Positions 11,044-20,929 of a stretch of 64,000 nt of DNA are shown piece after piece (positions within the stretch are counted from its first letter, which is position 1; every line of letters begins with the position of its first letter). The notes beneath the pieces were generated by a model. The model had not been told where the DNA came from. It did not search any database and was given only the letters and a program-made list of their open reading frames with translations. Source of the DNA: Candidatus Binatia bacterium. GTDB lineage: Bacteria > Desulfobacterota > Binatia > UBA9968. The position numbers and the translations under genes are program-made. The DNA lies in NCBI GenBank assembly GCA_036004365.1, contig DASYRN010000045.1, positions 7,637 through 71,636 of the forward strand, read 5' to 3'.

Positions 11044-11778
11044 ATGGCGATTCTCGGCATCGACACTTCCACTGCCATCGCCAGCGTGGCCTTGGTGGAA
11101 ATGGGGAAGGTGGTCTGCGAGGAGATTCAGCAAGCTGGAAGTAAAACTAACGGCACGAGTCATGCCAACCATGCGGAGACTCTGTTGCCGTTAATTGATG
11201 GCATTCTCAAAAAGGCCTCTCTCCCCTTATCGGAGCTTTCCGCTATCGCACTCTCGATCGGTCCGGGATCTTTCACCGGTCTTCGGATCGGGTTGAGCAC
11301 CGTGAAAGGGCTCGCCTACGGCTCGAATATCTCGGTCGTTGGCATCTCCACATTGCTTGCGACGGCGGCGCGGGCAAAGGGCTGGGACGGCTTGGCGTGT
11401 CCTTTCCTCGATGCGCGAAAAAAAGAGGTCTATGCCGCGCTGTTCAGAAAGAAGGGTGAGAGCTTGGAGCGCCTGACCGAAGATCTCGTCGCTCCGCACC
11501 GAAAGATAGTCGAACTCGTTCTGTCCCGCGCCAACCAGGAGCGCTGCCTTTTCATCGGAGATGGGACTAAAACCTATGGTGACGTTCTTACCATGGCTCT
11601 CGGGGAAAAGTGTGTTTTGACCCTGGGCGAAGATTATCCCTCGACCGCTTCAGCAGTAGCCCGCTTGGCGGAAGAAAGATTGCGCGGCGAGCCATCCGAC
11701 CCGGTTGGTCCTTTGAGTCCGCTTTACCTTCGTCCTTCGGAGGCTGAGCTTAAACGGTTGAAGCAGGATGCGCAGTAG
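11044..11778 (+). CDS. tsaB: tRNA threonylcarbamoyladenosine biosynthesis protein TsaB (YeaZ)
   Basis: MAILGIDTSTAIASVAL N-terminus typical of inactive Kae1/YgjD-like TsaB, 244 aa. Confidence 0.8.
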   Translation: MAILGIDTSTAIASVALVEMGKVVCEEIQQAGSKTNGTSHANHAETLLPLIDGILKKASLPLSELSAIALSIGPGSFTGLRIGLSTVKGLAYGSNISVVGISTLLATAARAKGWDGLACPFLDARKKEVYAALFRKKGESLERLTEDLVAPHRKIVELVLSRANQERCLFIGDGTKTYGDVLTMALGEKCVLTLGEDYPSTASAVARLAEERLRGEPSDPVGPLSPLYLRPSEAELKRLKQDAQ

Positions 11779-11907
11779 CTCGATCGCTCCACTCGGGATT
11801 TGGTCAATTGAAAAAAAATTGTTCTCAGGTCGGTCACGTTGACAAAAAAAAGGGCGTAGGATAAGTTAGCGATTTATGAAATAAAAAAACAAAATGAGGA
11901 GGCTCTC

Positions 11908-12153
11908 ATGGAGCAGCGAGAGGAAGAGCTGATCGTCTCTCTTTTGGACAAGGATGCGGAGCTGAAGAAATATTATGAAGAGCATCAGGAACTAGAGAAA
12001 AAGCTCTCGCTTTATCAGCATAAACCTCATCTGAGCGCGATGGAAGAAGTAGAGAAGAAAAGGCTTCAGAAACTCAAGCTTTTAGGAAAAGACAAAATCA
12101 TGGAAATTTTGGAGAGATACCGGCATGGACGAGCCCAAGGAGAAGCGAAATGA
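11908..12153 (+). CDS. DUF465 (YdcH-like) small coiled-coil protein
   Basis: 81 aa; ...EEHQELEKKLSL...KKRLQKLKLLGKDKIMEILE resembles YdcH/DUF465; strong RBS GAGGAGG; 4 nt overlap with ilvB. Confidence 0.6.
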   Translation: MEQREEELIVSLLDKDAELKKYYEEHQELEKKLSLYQHKPHLSAMEEVEKKRLQKLKLLGKDKIMEILERYRHGRAQGEAK

Positions 12154-13928
12154 AAAAAACCGGCGCTGAGATATTTGTTGAGTCGCTCAAGCAGGAAGGT
12201 GTCAAAGTCGTCTTCGGCATCCCCGGAGGAGTCGTTTTAAAAATCTTTGATGTGTTGCACCAACAAAAGGACGTTGAAGTTATCCTGACCCGGCATGAAC
12301 AGGGTGCCGCCCATATGGCCGAGGGGTATGCGAAGGCGACAGGAAAGGCAGGAGTCGCGCTGGTGACTTCCGGCCCGGGAATGACCAACATCGTGACCGG
12401 TCTGACCGATGCTTTCATGGATTCAGTGCCTCTGGTTGCTTTTACCGGCCAGGTCTCGACTAGCTTGATCGGCAACGACGCCTTTCAGGAAGCGGACAAC
12501 GTGGGGATCAGCCGTCCCTGTACAAAGCACAACGTCTTGGTCAAAGACGTGAATGATCTGGCGCGCACCATCAAAGAAGCGTTTTACATCGCCACGACCG
12601 GGCGGCCCGGACCGGTGTTGGTCGATATTCCAAAAGATGTCAGCACCGAGAAGGCGGAATTCAAGTATCCGGACAAAGTGAGCCTGCGCGGTTACAATCC
12701 GACCTACGAGGGAAACAGATATCAGATTCGGCAGGCAGCCGAAGAGATCATGAACGCCAAGAAGCCGGTGATCTATGTCGGAGGCGGGGCGCTCTTTTCC
12801 GACGCAGCCGATGAGATCCTGGAATTGGCGGACATGACGCAAATTCCGGTCACGATGACGCTTATGGGCTTGGGAAGCTTTCCGGGAACTCACGCGCTTT
12901 CCATGGGAATGCTAGGCATGCACGGCGGTTACTGGACCAACATGGCGATGCATCAGGCCGATTTGCTCATCGCCGTTGGGGCGCGGTTTGATGACCGCGT
13001 CACCGGGAAGCTGTCCGATTTTTGCCCTGAGGCTAAGGTCATCCATATCGATATCGACCCGACTTCGATCAAGAAGAATGTCTTTACCCACATCCCCATC
13101 GTCGGGGATGTGAAGGCGGTGCTGCGGCAGCTCAATATCGTTCTGCGGTCGTTGGACGGCAATCAGGCTGAGCTCAAGGAAAGGCGGCGCCCCTGGCACA
13201 AGCAGATCGAGGAGTGGAAACGGGCCCACCCGCTGCGCTATCACCAGGACACCAAGATCACCAAGCCGCAGTACGTCATCGAGAAGCTCTACGAGATCAC
13301 CCGACACGATGCGATCGTCGCCACGGACGTCGGCCAACATCAGATGTGGGCCGCGCAGTATTTCAAGGGAACCAAGCCGCGGACCTTTCTCACCTCAGGC
13401 GGTCTGGGGACGATGGGATTCGGCTTCCCGGCCGCGCTCGGCGCGCAGAAGGCATACCCGGACAGGCTGGTGCTCTGCATCACGAGCGAGGGCAGCTTCC
13501 AGATGAATCTTCAGGAGCTGGCCACCGCGCAGGAACATAAGCTTCCGGTCAAGATCGTTTTGCTCAATAACGGATTTCACGGGATGGTGCGCCAATGGCA
13601 GGATCTCTTCTACGAAGGCCGTTATGCCGCCAGCTATCTTGGAAAACTCCCGGACTTCGTCAAGCTCGCCGACGCCTATGGCATCCGCGGCCTGCGCGCG
13701 GAGAAACCTTCCGAGGTCGAGTCGGTCATCCGGGAGGGGCTGAAGCACAAAGGCCCTGTGCTGATGGATTTTCAGGTTGACCCGTACGAAAACTGCTACC
13801 CGATGATCCCGGCGGGTGGCGCCCACCATGAGATGGTTCTCGAAGATCCACCCGAACTCAAGACCGCACGAAAGGGCGGAGTAGCAAAAAAGAAGGTTGA
13901 GGAGGGGGAAGGCGTTCTGCCCGCCTAG
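12150..13928 (+). CDS. ilvB: Acetolactate synthase large subunit (ThDP-dependent)
   Basis: 592 aa, full-length AHAS similarity (GIPGGVVLKIFD...HEQGAAHMAEGYA..., ThDP motif GLGTMGFGFPAALGA). Confidence 0.9.
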   Translation: MKKTGAEIFVESLKQEGVKVVFGIPGGVVLKIFDVLHQQKDVEVILTRHEQGAAHMAEGYAKATGKAGVALVTSGPGMTNIVTGLTDAFMDSVPLVAFTGQVSTSLIGNDAFQEADNVGISRPCTKHNVLVKDVNDLARTIKEAFYIATTGRPGPVLVDIPKDVSTEKAEFKYPDKVSLRGYNPTYEGNRYQIRQAAEEIMNAKKPVIYVGGGALFSDAADEILELADMTQIPVTMTLMGLGSFPGTHALSMGMLGMHGGYWTNMAMHQADLLIAVGARFDDRVTGKLSDFCPEAKVIHIDIDPTSIKKNVFTHIPIVGDVKAVLRQLNIVLRSLDGNQAELKERRRPWHKQIEEWKRAHPLRYHQDTKITKPQYVIEKLYEITRHDAIVATDVGQHQMWAAQYFKGTKPRTFLTSGGLGTMGFGFPAALGAQKAYPDRLVLCITSEGSFQMNLQELATAQEHKLPVKIVLLNNGFHGMVRQWQDLFYEGRYAASYLGKLPDFVKLADAYGIRGLRAEKPSEVESVIREGLKHKGPVLMDFQVDPYENCYPMIPAGGAHHEMVLEDPPELKTARKGGVAKKKVEEGEGVLPA

Positions 13929-14012
13929 ACTACAAGTTTCGGGTTCCGAGTCCCGAGTTTCGAGTCAAACCCGAAACGCGGAGCCAGAAACTCGACACTG
14001 ATCTTTGGTTGC

Positions 14013-14531
14013 ATGGAACATATCATTTCGATTCTCGTTGAGAATAAGTTCGGGGTATTGGCTCGCGTCGCGGGCCTGTTCAGCGCACGGGGCTACAACA
14101 TCGAAAGCCTCTCGGTTGCTCCGACGCTCGATCCGACGACTTCCATGATTACGATCGTGACGCAGGGGGAGGATCGGATCATCGAGCAGATCATCAAGCA
14201 GCTCAACAAGGTCATCGAGGTTCTCAAAGTGACCGACCTTACCGAGACGAGTTTTCTCGACCGCGAGACCGCTCTGATCAAGATCAACACCAAACCGGAG
14301 CACCGCGAGGAGGCGATCCGCATCGCGGAGATCTTTCGGGCGAAAATCGTCGACTCCTCGCCTATGACCTACACGATCGAGGTCACCGGCGACGTGGACA
14401 AGGTGGAGGCGCTCATCAATATGCTGCGCCCGCTCGGGATCAAAGAGCTCGTGCGCACAGGGCGCATCGCGATTGCTCGCGAAGGCGCGAAAGTATCCGT
14501 ACGCCGCGAAGCCCAGGCCGTGAAAGCCTGA
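14013..14531 (+). CDS. ilvH: Acetolactate synthase small (regulatory) subunit, ACT domain
   Basis: MEHIISILVENKFGVLARVAGLFSARGYNIESL ACT signature, 172 aa, follows ilvB. Confidence 0.9.
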   Translation: MEHIISILVENKFGVLARVAGLFSARGYNIESLSVAPTLDPTTSMITIVTQGEDRIIEQIIKQLNKVIEVLKVTDLTETSFLDRETALIKINTKPEHREEAIRIAEIFRAKIVDSSPMTYTIEVTGDVDKVEALINMLRPLGIKELVRTGRIAIAREGAKVSVRREAQAVKA

Positions 14532-14623
14532 AATTTTTTCACCCACTTTCCGTTTTCATCTTTCCGTTTTTATCCTTTATCCGTTCTTCTTGCCTTGCCG
14601 TAAAGAATCGGCATACTGGCGGT

Positions 14624-15727
14624 ATGTTGAAGACTAGGATAAGAATTTTTCTCGCGCTTCTTACCGGACTGGTTCTGAGCAGCGTGCCGGCATCATCCGC
14701 GACGACCCAACCGAATGTTGAAGTTGTCGCCGAGGGATTAGAAACTCCCTGGGCGATCGCCTTCGCGCCCGACAGGCGCATCTTCATCACCGAGCGGCCG
14801 GGACGCATCCGGGTGATCAAAGACGGTAAATTGCAGAAAGAGCCGTGGATGGAGATCGAGATCTACGAGGCTGGTGAGGCGGGGCTTATGGGGCTCGCTC
14901 TGGACCCGCAATTTGAGCGCAATCGGTTTGTCTATGTCGCCTATACCCATCGCGACAGCGCCGGTCGGATGAGAAATCACCTGGCGAGGCTGCGGGAGGA
15001 TCAAGGCAAGGGCGTCATGGATAAGGTCTTAGTCGACGGAGCGAGAGGAGCCAGAAATCACGACGGCGCGCGGGTCAAGTTCGGTCCCGATGGGAAACTT
15101 TACTTGACGATGGGCGATGCCCAGGACGCGGACACAGCACAAAACCTATCTTCCTTGAACGGCAAAATACTCAGGATGAACCCGGACGGGACAATTCCCT
15201 CGGATAATCCCTTCAAAAATTCTCCGGTCTATTCTTATGGCCATAGAAACCCGCAGGGACTCGCCTGGCAGCCTGGGACCGGAAGGCTTTACGCGACCGA
15301 GCACGGTCCGAGCGGCTTTCAGGGATGCTGTCGCGATGAGCTGAATTTTATCGAGCCGGGAAAGAATTACGGTTGGCCGGTCATACGCGGCGACCAAACC
15401 CGCGAGGGGATGGTGCCGCCGATTCTCCACAGCGGAACGAACGAGACATGGGCTCCCTGCGGGGCGACCTTTGTGACGCGCGGGCCGTGGGCTGGATCGC
15501 TTGTATTTACCGGCCTGCGCGGACAGACCCTTTACCGCGTGATCTTGGACAAAGACGATCCGCGCAAAGTCGCCGGATTCGAACGGGACTTTGCACGTGA
15601 GTTCGGACGGCTGCGTGACGTAGTCGAGGGACCGGACGGCGCGCTCTATGTTCTCACCAGCAACCGCGACGGCCGCGGCAGCCCGGCGTCGAACGACGAC
15701 CGCGTGTTGCGGCTCACTCTTAAGTAA
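14624..15727 (+). CDS. PQQ-dependent (soluble) sugar/aldose dehydrogenase family, YliI-like beta-propeller, secreted
   Basis: Signal peptide, then GLETPWAIAFAPDRRIFITERPGRIRV and repeated propeller motifs typical of glucose/sorbosone dehydrogenases. Confidence 0.8.
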   Translation: MLKTRIRIFLALLTGLVLSSVPASSATTQPNVEVVAEGLETPWAIAFAPDRRIFITERPGRIRVIKDGKLQKEPWMEIEIYEAGEAGLMGLALDPQFERNRFVYVAYTHRDSAGRMRNHLARLREDQGKGVMDKVLVDGARGARNHDGARVKFGPDGKLYLTMGDAQDADTAQNLSSLNGKILRMNPDGTIPSDNPFKNSPVYSYGHRNPQGLAWQPGTGRLYATEHGPSGFQGCCRDELNFIEPGKNYGWPVIRGDQTREGMVPPILHSGTNETWAPCGATFVTRGPWAGSLVFTGLRGQTLYRVILDKDDPRKVAGFERDFAREFGRLRDVVEGPDGALYVLTSNRDGRGSPASNDDRVLRLTLK

Positions 15728-15990
15728 CAGGATGAAAGCGGAAATCGGAAAGATGAAATGAAAGGAATTGATTGCCTTGCGCCCTATCGACTCGCGCCTA
15801 TTCCATTTTTTGCTTTGCTAAAAAACTCAAAATCGTAGTAAAATTATCTTGTTTTCTCTACCTTTCCACACAATGCCGTGAAAGCCTTCGCAGAGGTTCA
15901 AGAAGAGACAGATAGGTGAAAGCCGCGTGCGACGTTGCGGCCCGAAATCCTACCTGTCATCAGGCGGGAATCGAAGAGGAGAAAATTTCC

Positions 15991-16611
15991 ATGGAAAGTC
16001 AGGATAAGTCTCCGGCAAAGGTCTATCCAGGTGGTTCAGCGGCTGAAAGTTTCGTTAATAGAGTTTTTGAGATCGTTAAGATAACCATCAAGGAAATTCC
16101 TCCGAGTGATCAGATCAAGCATTCTAACCCGGAGCTTCATGCCCGTGTATTGACAAAAGCAGCTGCTTTGAAGGCCGCCGCAGTATCAGGCACCTTGGCG
16201 CTCCCGCCCGGACCTTGGGGGCTTATGACCGTCTTGCCGGATCTGATCGAAATCTGGCGGCTGCAGGCTCGGCTCGTCTCCGATATAGCGGCCGTGTACG
16301 GAGAGAGAGCCAGCCTGACCCACGAAACATTGCTGTACTGCCTGTTTCGCCACGCCGTGGCTCAAGTCATCAGGGATTTGGTTACGCGCGTGGGCGAGAG
16401 AATCGTGGTCCAACGCGCCTCCTGGCGGCTGAGCCAGAGAATTCTACACAGGGTCGGTATGGAAATTACCCGGCGCGTCACCGGCAGGAGCGTCTCGCGT
16501 CTTCTTCCACTGATCGGAGCTTTAGGCGTCGCCGGGTACGCGTATTACGACACCGCGCAGGTCGGACAAACGGCCATCGAGTTTTTCAGCAGAGAAATTG
16601 AGCTTAAATAA
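15991..16611 (+). CDS. EcsC-like protein, hypothetical
   Basis: Start placed at the ATG after GAGGAG RBS. LALPPGPWGL...LIEIWRLQARL... resembles the EcsC family. Confidence 0.45.
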   Translation: MESQDKSPAKVYPGGSAAESFVNRVFEIVKITIKEIPPSDQIKHSNPELHARVLTKAAALKAAAVSGTLALPPGPWGLMTVLPDLIEIWRLQARLVSDIAAVYGERASLTHETLLYCLFRHAVAQVIRDLVTRVGERIVVQRASWRLSQRILHRVGMEITRRVTGRSVSRLLPLIGALGVAGYAYYDTAQVGQTAIEFFSREIELK

Positions 16612-16624
16612 CTAAGCACTTATC

Positions 16625-16715
16625 ACAACTAACGAACACGATCACAAATCACGATCCGCCTTTTGCTCTTTCGATTCTATCCTTTATCCTTCATCCTTTA
16701 TTCTTTTTCTTGGAG
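16625..16715. repeat. Reverse-orientation copies of both short-repeat families (…acgaacacgatcacaaatcacgatcc… then …cctttatccttcatcctttattc…)
   Basis: Direct reading; intergenic between the EcsC-like and GGCT genes. Confidence 0.55.
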
Positions 16716-16722
16716 GTAACCC

Positions 16723-17166
16723 GTGTATTACTTTGCCTACGGCTCGAACATGAACTGGGCGCAGATGAAGCAACGCTGCTCGTCGGCCAGGTTCGTGTCG
16801 GTGGCATGCCTGAAGGACCGCCGCTTTGCAATCACGCGACGATCGCGCCGGCGCCTGTGCGGGACGGCGGATGTCCTTCCTGAACCCGGCAGCGAGGTCT
16901 TGGGAGTCGTCTACGAGATCGATGATTGTGATCTCGGCCTACTCGATGGCTTCGAAGATGGCTACGGCAGAGAAAAGATGTTCGTGGATCCTATCGGCGA
17001 CGGCGGCCGTCGGCTGGAGGCGTGGGTTTATATCGCTGAGAAAGAAACGTATCCCCCGCTTCCCAACGCGCTCTACAAACGGCTCATCGTCGAGGGCGCG
17101 AGGCACTGGAAGCTGCCGGAAGCGTACATCGATATGCTGGAGAAAATCGAGATAGCAATCGAGTAA
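16723..17166 (+). CDS. Gamma-glutamylcyclotransferase (AIG2/GGCT-like) family protein
   Basis: YYFAYGSNM N-terminal signature; GTG start with GGAGG RBS. Confidence 0.8.
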   Translation: MYYFAYGSNMNWAQMKQRCSSARFVSVACLKDRRFAITRRSRRRLCGTADVLPEPGSEVLGVVYEIDDCDLGLLDGFEDGYGREKMFVDPIGDGGRRLEAWVYIAEKETYPPLPNALYKRLIVEGARHWKLPEAYIDMLEKIEIAIE

Positions 17167-17257
17167 AGAGTAGCGAGTAACGAGGAAAGAGTTTAGAGTA
17201 GGAGTTCAGTCCTGTTTGTTACCTCATTACTCAATACTTGCTCCTTGCCCCTTTTGT

Positions 17258-17890
17258 TCACCTCGTTCCAGATGCGCGCACCGTGATCTGCGAGGCGGAA
17301 AGCGAACCGTCGGCTTGAGTCCCCTGGATCAACACCTCGGCGCCGGGCTTGAGCCATCCCGCGTCCCCGAGCACCCGCTTCACGACGGGGATATCCGGTG
17401 GCACAAGGACCTTGATCTCTCCATCCTTGTACTTGAGGGTCAGCATCCGTCCTTTCACGTCCTGAACCGCCACGTCTTCTACGGTCTCGACGTTGGCGTT
17501 CGTCATCGTCAATCCGCTTTGCGGCGCCGAACTCAGCGGTTTATGGCCTTCTCCGGTGCCACGTTGGTCCTCCGAGAATATATGCAATCGGGTGGCGCGG
17601 AACGTACCGTCAGCTGCTTTCGCCGCGGTGACCTCCACGTACATACCGGGTGTGATCTCAGAAAACTTGATTGGAACTTCACCGCGGATAATCGTCTTAT
17701 CCGCTGTCTTAACTTGGACGTCTCCGTTGGGGGCGGCGACGATCAATTCTTGGCCTTTAACAGACGTGATTTTCCCTGCGACGCTGACTGCGCCTTCCGC
17801 TGGACCGACTTGAGCTCGGAGGAGTGAAACCCCTAGGCTAAGGAAAATGGTCGGAAACAGCCAAAGAAAAATCGAAAGTGCAACTTTCAT
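17258..17890 (-). CDS. Secreted protein with two DUF5666-like repeats
   Basis: Signal peptide MKVALSIFLWLF..., two repeats of the G.ITSV.G.EL..A....V.V...T.I.....I.F..I.PG..V.V pattern; AGGAGG RBS ahead of the second Met. Confidence 0.55.
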   Translation of the reverse strand: MKVALSIFLWLFPTIFLSLGVSLLRAQVGPAEGAVSVAGKITSVKGQELIVAAPNGDVQVKTADKTIIRGEVPIKFSEITPGMYVEVTAAKAADGTFRATRLHIFSEDQRGTGEGHKPLSSAPQSGLTMTNANVETVEDVAVQDVKGRMLTLKYKDGEIKVLVPPDIPVVKRVLGDAGWLKPGAEVLIQGTQADGSLSASQITVRASGTR

Positions 17891-17914
17891 CATGCCCTCC
17901 TTCAAGCAGCCTGC

Positions 17915-18010
17915 CTTATCCTTCATCCTTTATCTCTTATCTTTTTTTGCCACGAACACGTATCACGAACACGTTTTTTTCCGTTTTCCGCTTTCATCTT
18001 TCATAATTCC
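17915..18010. repeat. Reverse-orientation short-repeat block (ccttatccttcatcctttatc / cacgaacacgtatcacgaacacg / ccgctttcatctttcat)
   Basis: Direct reading; intergenic between the DUF5666 and lldD-like genes. Confidence 0.55.
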
Positions 18011-18122
18011 ACATTCTCCTTGACCGTTCCTATATGTTAGTCGCCGATCCGGCGCAAGGCATGCTTCCTGCTCCCGGTCTGCCTTGACAGTCGCAGGGTT
18101 TTGGCTTAGACCGGCCCGAAGG

Positions 18123-19178
18123 ATGAAAACGCAAAATCGACCGATCAATCTTTTCGAATTTGAGACCGCCGCCAAGGAGCGCCTACCCAAGGAGGAGTAC
18201 GACTATATCGCCGGGGGTGCGACCGATGAGCTCAGTGTGGAGCGGAATCGCCGCGCCTTTGAGTCGTGGGCTTTGCGCCCGAGGGTGCTGAGGAACGTGA
18301 GCAAGCTTGACCTTTCGACCACGGTGCTGGGCACGAAGGTGAGCCTGCCGGTTCTTATCGCACCCTGCGGCGGGCATAAGAAGGCTCATCCCGAGGGAGA
18401 GTTCGCTACTTACCGGGCGGCGTCTGCAGTGGGGACCATCCTGGCGGTCAGCGCCAATGCAAGCACGAATTTCGAAGAATTAGCGACGGCGGCGGCCGGT
18501 CATCTCTGGATGCAGTTCTATCCTTTTCCGCACCGGGAAATGACCAAAACTTGGCTGCGCCGCGCGAAAGAAGCTGGCTATGAGGCGGTCTGTATGACTC
18601 TGGATTCCCAGTGGCCGCCCAAGCGGGAGCGCAATATCCGAAACAACTATAGAAGAAAGCGCGGAGTCAACTTTCCAACACTCGCTCCTGGGGAGGCCTC
18701 GCCCCAGGGCGGATGCGACCCTGCTGCGACTTGGAAGGATTTAGAGTGGATCAAATCGGAGACCGACCTTCCCGTCGTCGCCAAAGGCATCATGACGGGC
18801 GAGGACGTTGAAATGTGCGCGGAGGTTGGAGCCGACGCCGTCATCGTCTCCAACCACGGCGGCCGGCATCTCGATAACACGTTGGCGACGATCGAGGTTC
18901 TCTCCGAAGCCGTCGTCGCCGCTAAGGGGCGCATGGAGATTCTGCTGGATGGGGGTATTCGACGGGGAGCCGACGTCGTGAAGGCGCTGGCATTAGGGGC
19001 CAAGGCGGTTTTTATAGGCCGTCCGTTCTTCTGGGGTCTCGCCGTGGACGGCGAGCGAGGAGTTGTTCGAGTCTTGGAGATTCTCCGTGAGGAGATCGAG
19101 ATCACCATGGCCAAGTGCGGCAGGCCTACCATTGCGAGCATCGATTCCACTGTGGTGGTCAAGGCGCCGAGGTTGTGA
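18123..19178 (+). CDS. lldD: FMN-dependent alpha-hydroxy acid dehydrogenase/oxidase (L-lactate dehydrogenase / glycolate oxidase family)
   Basis: TIM-barrel FMN enzyme motifs (VSNHGGRHLD, GGIRRGADVVKALALGA); start set at MKTQNRPINLFEF. Confidence 0.85.
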   Translation: MKTQNRPINLFEFETAAKERLPKEEYDYIAGGATDELSVERNRRAFESWALRPRVLRNVSKLDLSTTVLGTKVSLPVLIAPCGGHKKAHPEGEFATYRAASAVGTILAVSANASTNFEELATAAAGHLWMQFYPFPHREMTKTWLRRAKEAGYEAVCMTLDSQWPPKRERNIRNNYRRKRGVNFPTLAPGEASPQGGCDPAATWKDLEWIKSETDLPVVAKGIMTGEDVEMCAEVGADAVIVSNHGGRHLDNTLATIEVLSEAVVAAKGRMEILLDGGIRRGADVVKALALGAKAVFIGRPFFWGLAVDGERGVVRVLEILREEIEITMAKCGRPTIASIDSTVVVKAPRL

Positions 19179-19222
19179 AAAAAAGGGCGTTCAATTGGGT
19201 CACGTTTTTCATAGGAGGCCCC

Positions 19223-19498
19223 GTGACGTGCGCGGTAGAAAGCCGCAAGCGAAGAGGGATGAAGAGCGTATCTTATAAAGGCCACGTCATTGAGCTTGTC
19301 TCGCAAAAGCTTCGGTCCGGAAGATGGATTGCTCGCGCGACAGTGATCATCAATGAAGCGAATACCGTCAAAATGATCCCTATCTTCGGTCGCCGTCGAG
19401 CCAGCTTTGATAACCGGCGGGAGGCCGACGCCTATGCTTTGGAGCTGGCGAGGCTGTGGGTGGAGGGGAGAATCTGGGGAGCGAACGGCCACGGATAG
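19223..19498 (+). CDS. Small hypothetical protein (~79-92 aa)
   Basis: ORF overlapping the lldD 3' end; AGGAGG then in-frame GTG at 19223, or ATG at 19259. No recognisable domain. Confidence 0.3.
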   Translation: MTCAVESRKRRGMKSVSYKGHVIELVSQKLRSGRWIARATVIINEANTVKMIPIFGRRRASFDNRREADAYALELARLWVEGRIWGANGHG

Positions 19499-19524
19499 TG
19501 GAAGTGAGAAAAAGTAAAAGCTCC

Positions 19525-20058
19525 ATGATTCTTCACACCGCACTTACACAATTATCGGCTAATCAGTTCGTAGCCTTGATCTTGGATAACGAAGTGACGG
19601 TTGGCCATTTTGTTACAACTCCACCGCTACCCTGGACCCGTTTGACCCAGCGCAATGGAATCTACCAGGTCGCCAAAGGATATCCGTCTCTTTTGACGAC
19701 CGAGCAAGCCAAGTTCGAGATGAGAAACTGGGATGAGGTTTCGTTGCAGAGAATCATGGGCACGTTGAAAGAGCTGGATGACTCCGTGGATTATGTGCTC
19801 ATCGGAAACAATGCCGGCCAAGGGCTTCCGCTCGCTCAGAGCCTCCCGCAGAACTTAATCGGCAAGCACGCTGCGATCATCTACGGAGAGAGCCTTCCGG
19901 AAATAAAAGAATACGAGAAAACGGGTTATCGAACCTTCTTTCGGAGGAGCAAGGCTGCTTCCCGTCTGCTCGAGCTGACAAAGAGCGCGCGCCGACCTCT
20001 GGCCCTCTTCTTCATCAACACCATCCAACACAACGAGTTCAACTATCACGACCCGTAG
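19525..20058 (+). CDS. Hypothetical protein
   Basis: 178 aa from MILHTAL...; no recognisable motif; start uncertain (GTG at 19456 also possible). Confidence 0.4.
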   Translation: MILHTALTQLSANQFVALILDNEVTVGHFVTTPPLPWTRLTQRNGIYQVAKGYPSLLTTEQAKFEMRNWDEVSLQRIMGTLKELDDSVDYVLIGNNAGQGLPLAQSLPQNLIGKHAAIIYGESLPEIKEYEKTGYRTFFRRSKAASRLLELTKSARRPLALFFINTIQHNEFNYHDP

Positions 20059-20062
20059 TCAG

Positions 20063-20100
20063 AAAGGATGAGGGCGAAAGGATAAGGGATGAAAGTAAGT
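20063..20100. repeat. Purine-rich GGATGA-type repeat block (gaaaggatgagggcgaaaggataagggatgaaag)
   Basis: Immediately after the stop of the 19525-20058 ORF. Confidence 0.5.
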
Positions 20101-20155
20101 TAAAATCGAAAAGCGTGTCGGTTGTAAAGCTGGGAACGGTAAAGACACGACTAAC

Positions 20156-20794
20156 TCACAGTTTCGGAATCCGCAGGGTCTTACTAATCATGGCCGAACC
20201 GCTCACGAGATAGAGCAAGGAGAACGGGTGCCACTGCAGGGAGCCGATTTCGAAGACACCGAGTGGCAGATCGTCGCCGACGCGATCCATATGGAAGCAG
20301 AAAGCGAGCACAATAACGAGCACTAAACTGGAGGGAATTGGCGTTCCCTCGAAGTACTTTACTTTACCACCAAGGTCGGAAAATTCAGCCGCGGTGATGT
20401 TATACCGCGCTAGGCGGCTGATCCCGCAAACCACAAAGAATAAGAGGATAGGGACGTCTAGGCCACCGCGCATCCCCAATCCATAGGCGAGTGCCGTGGG
20501 TGCCACCCCGAAGCTCACAACATCCGCTAGCGAGTCGAGCTCCCCGCCGAAGCATGAATGCTTGTTGCGCCACCGGGCAACCCTGCCATCGGCCACATCC
20601 AATGCAAGAGCGAGCGGGAACAGCCCGACAGCCAAATAAACGCGCCAGCGGTCGGGCGTCACCAAGTAACTCATGATGGCAAAAATCGCCGCGGTTCCCA
20701 CGGCGCCGTTGCCAAGCGTGAGCAGATCCGCCACGTGATAACTGCGCAGCATGGAGAAGTGGACAGGCTTTTTTGGCGAAATGTCATGGTCCAT
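20156..20794 (-). CDS. pssA: CDP-alcohol phosphatidyltransferase (phosphatidylserine synthase-like)
   Basis: D-G-x2-A-R-x8-G-x3-D-x3-D signature present (DVADGRVARWRNKHSCFGGELDSLAD), polytopic membrane protein. Confidence 0.8.
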   Translation of the reverse strand: MDHDISPKKPVHFSMLRSYHVADLLTLGNGAVGTAAIFAIMSYLVTPDRWRVYLAVGLFPLALALDVADGRVARWRNKHSCFGGELDSLADVVSFGVAPTALAYGLGMRGGLDVPILLFFVVCGISRLARYNITAAEFSDLGGKVKYFEGTPIPSSLVLVIVLAFCFHMDRVGDDLPLGVFEIGSLQWHPFSLLYLVSGSAMISKTLRIPKL

Positions 20795-20929
20795 CCAATG
20801 ATCTCCTCTTGGTCTTTTGTGAATCCATAGGACTACGCCAGAGTCGAGAATTCCCGAAGGGTCGAAATGGACGTGCGCCTGTCTTTTGCTAAGCGGTAGC
20901 TAAGAGGCAGGAGAGAGAACGCGAGGGTA

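Noticed and set aside
13929-14012. tRNA-like T-arm motif (GGGTTCCGAGTCCC)
   Set aside because: No acceptor-stem complementarity at the ends of the 84-nt spacer and no D or anticodon arms; it is a hairpin, not a tRNA.
19063-19278. 71-aa + ORF at the lldD 3' end
   Set aside because: Out of frame with lldD, Arg-rich, no RBS. The in-frame small ORF starting at 19223 or 19259 with an AGGAGG RBS is the better candidate there.
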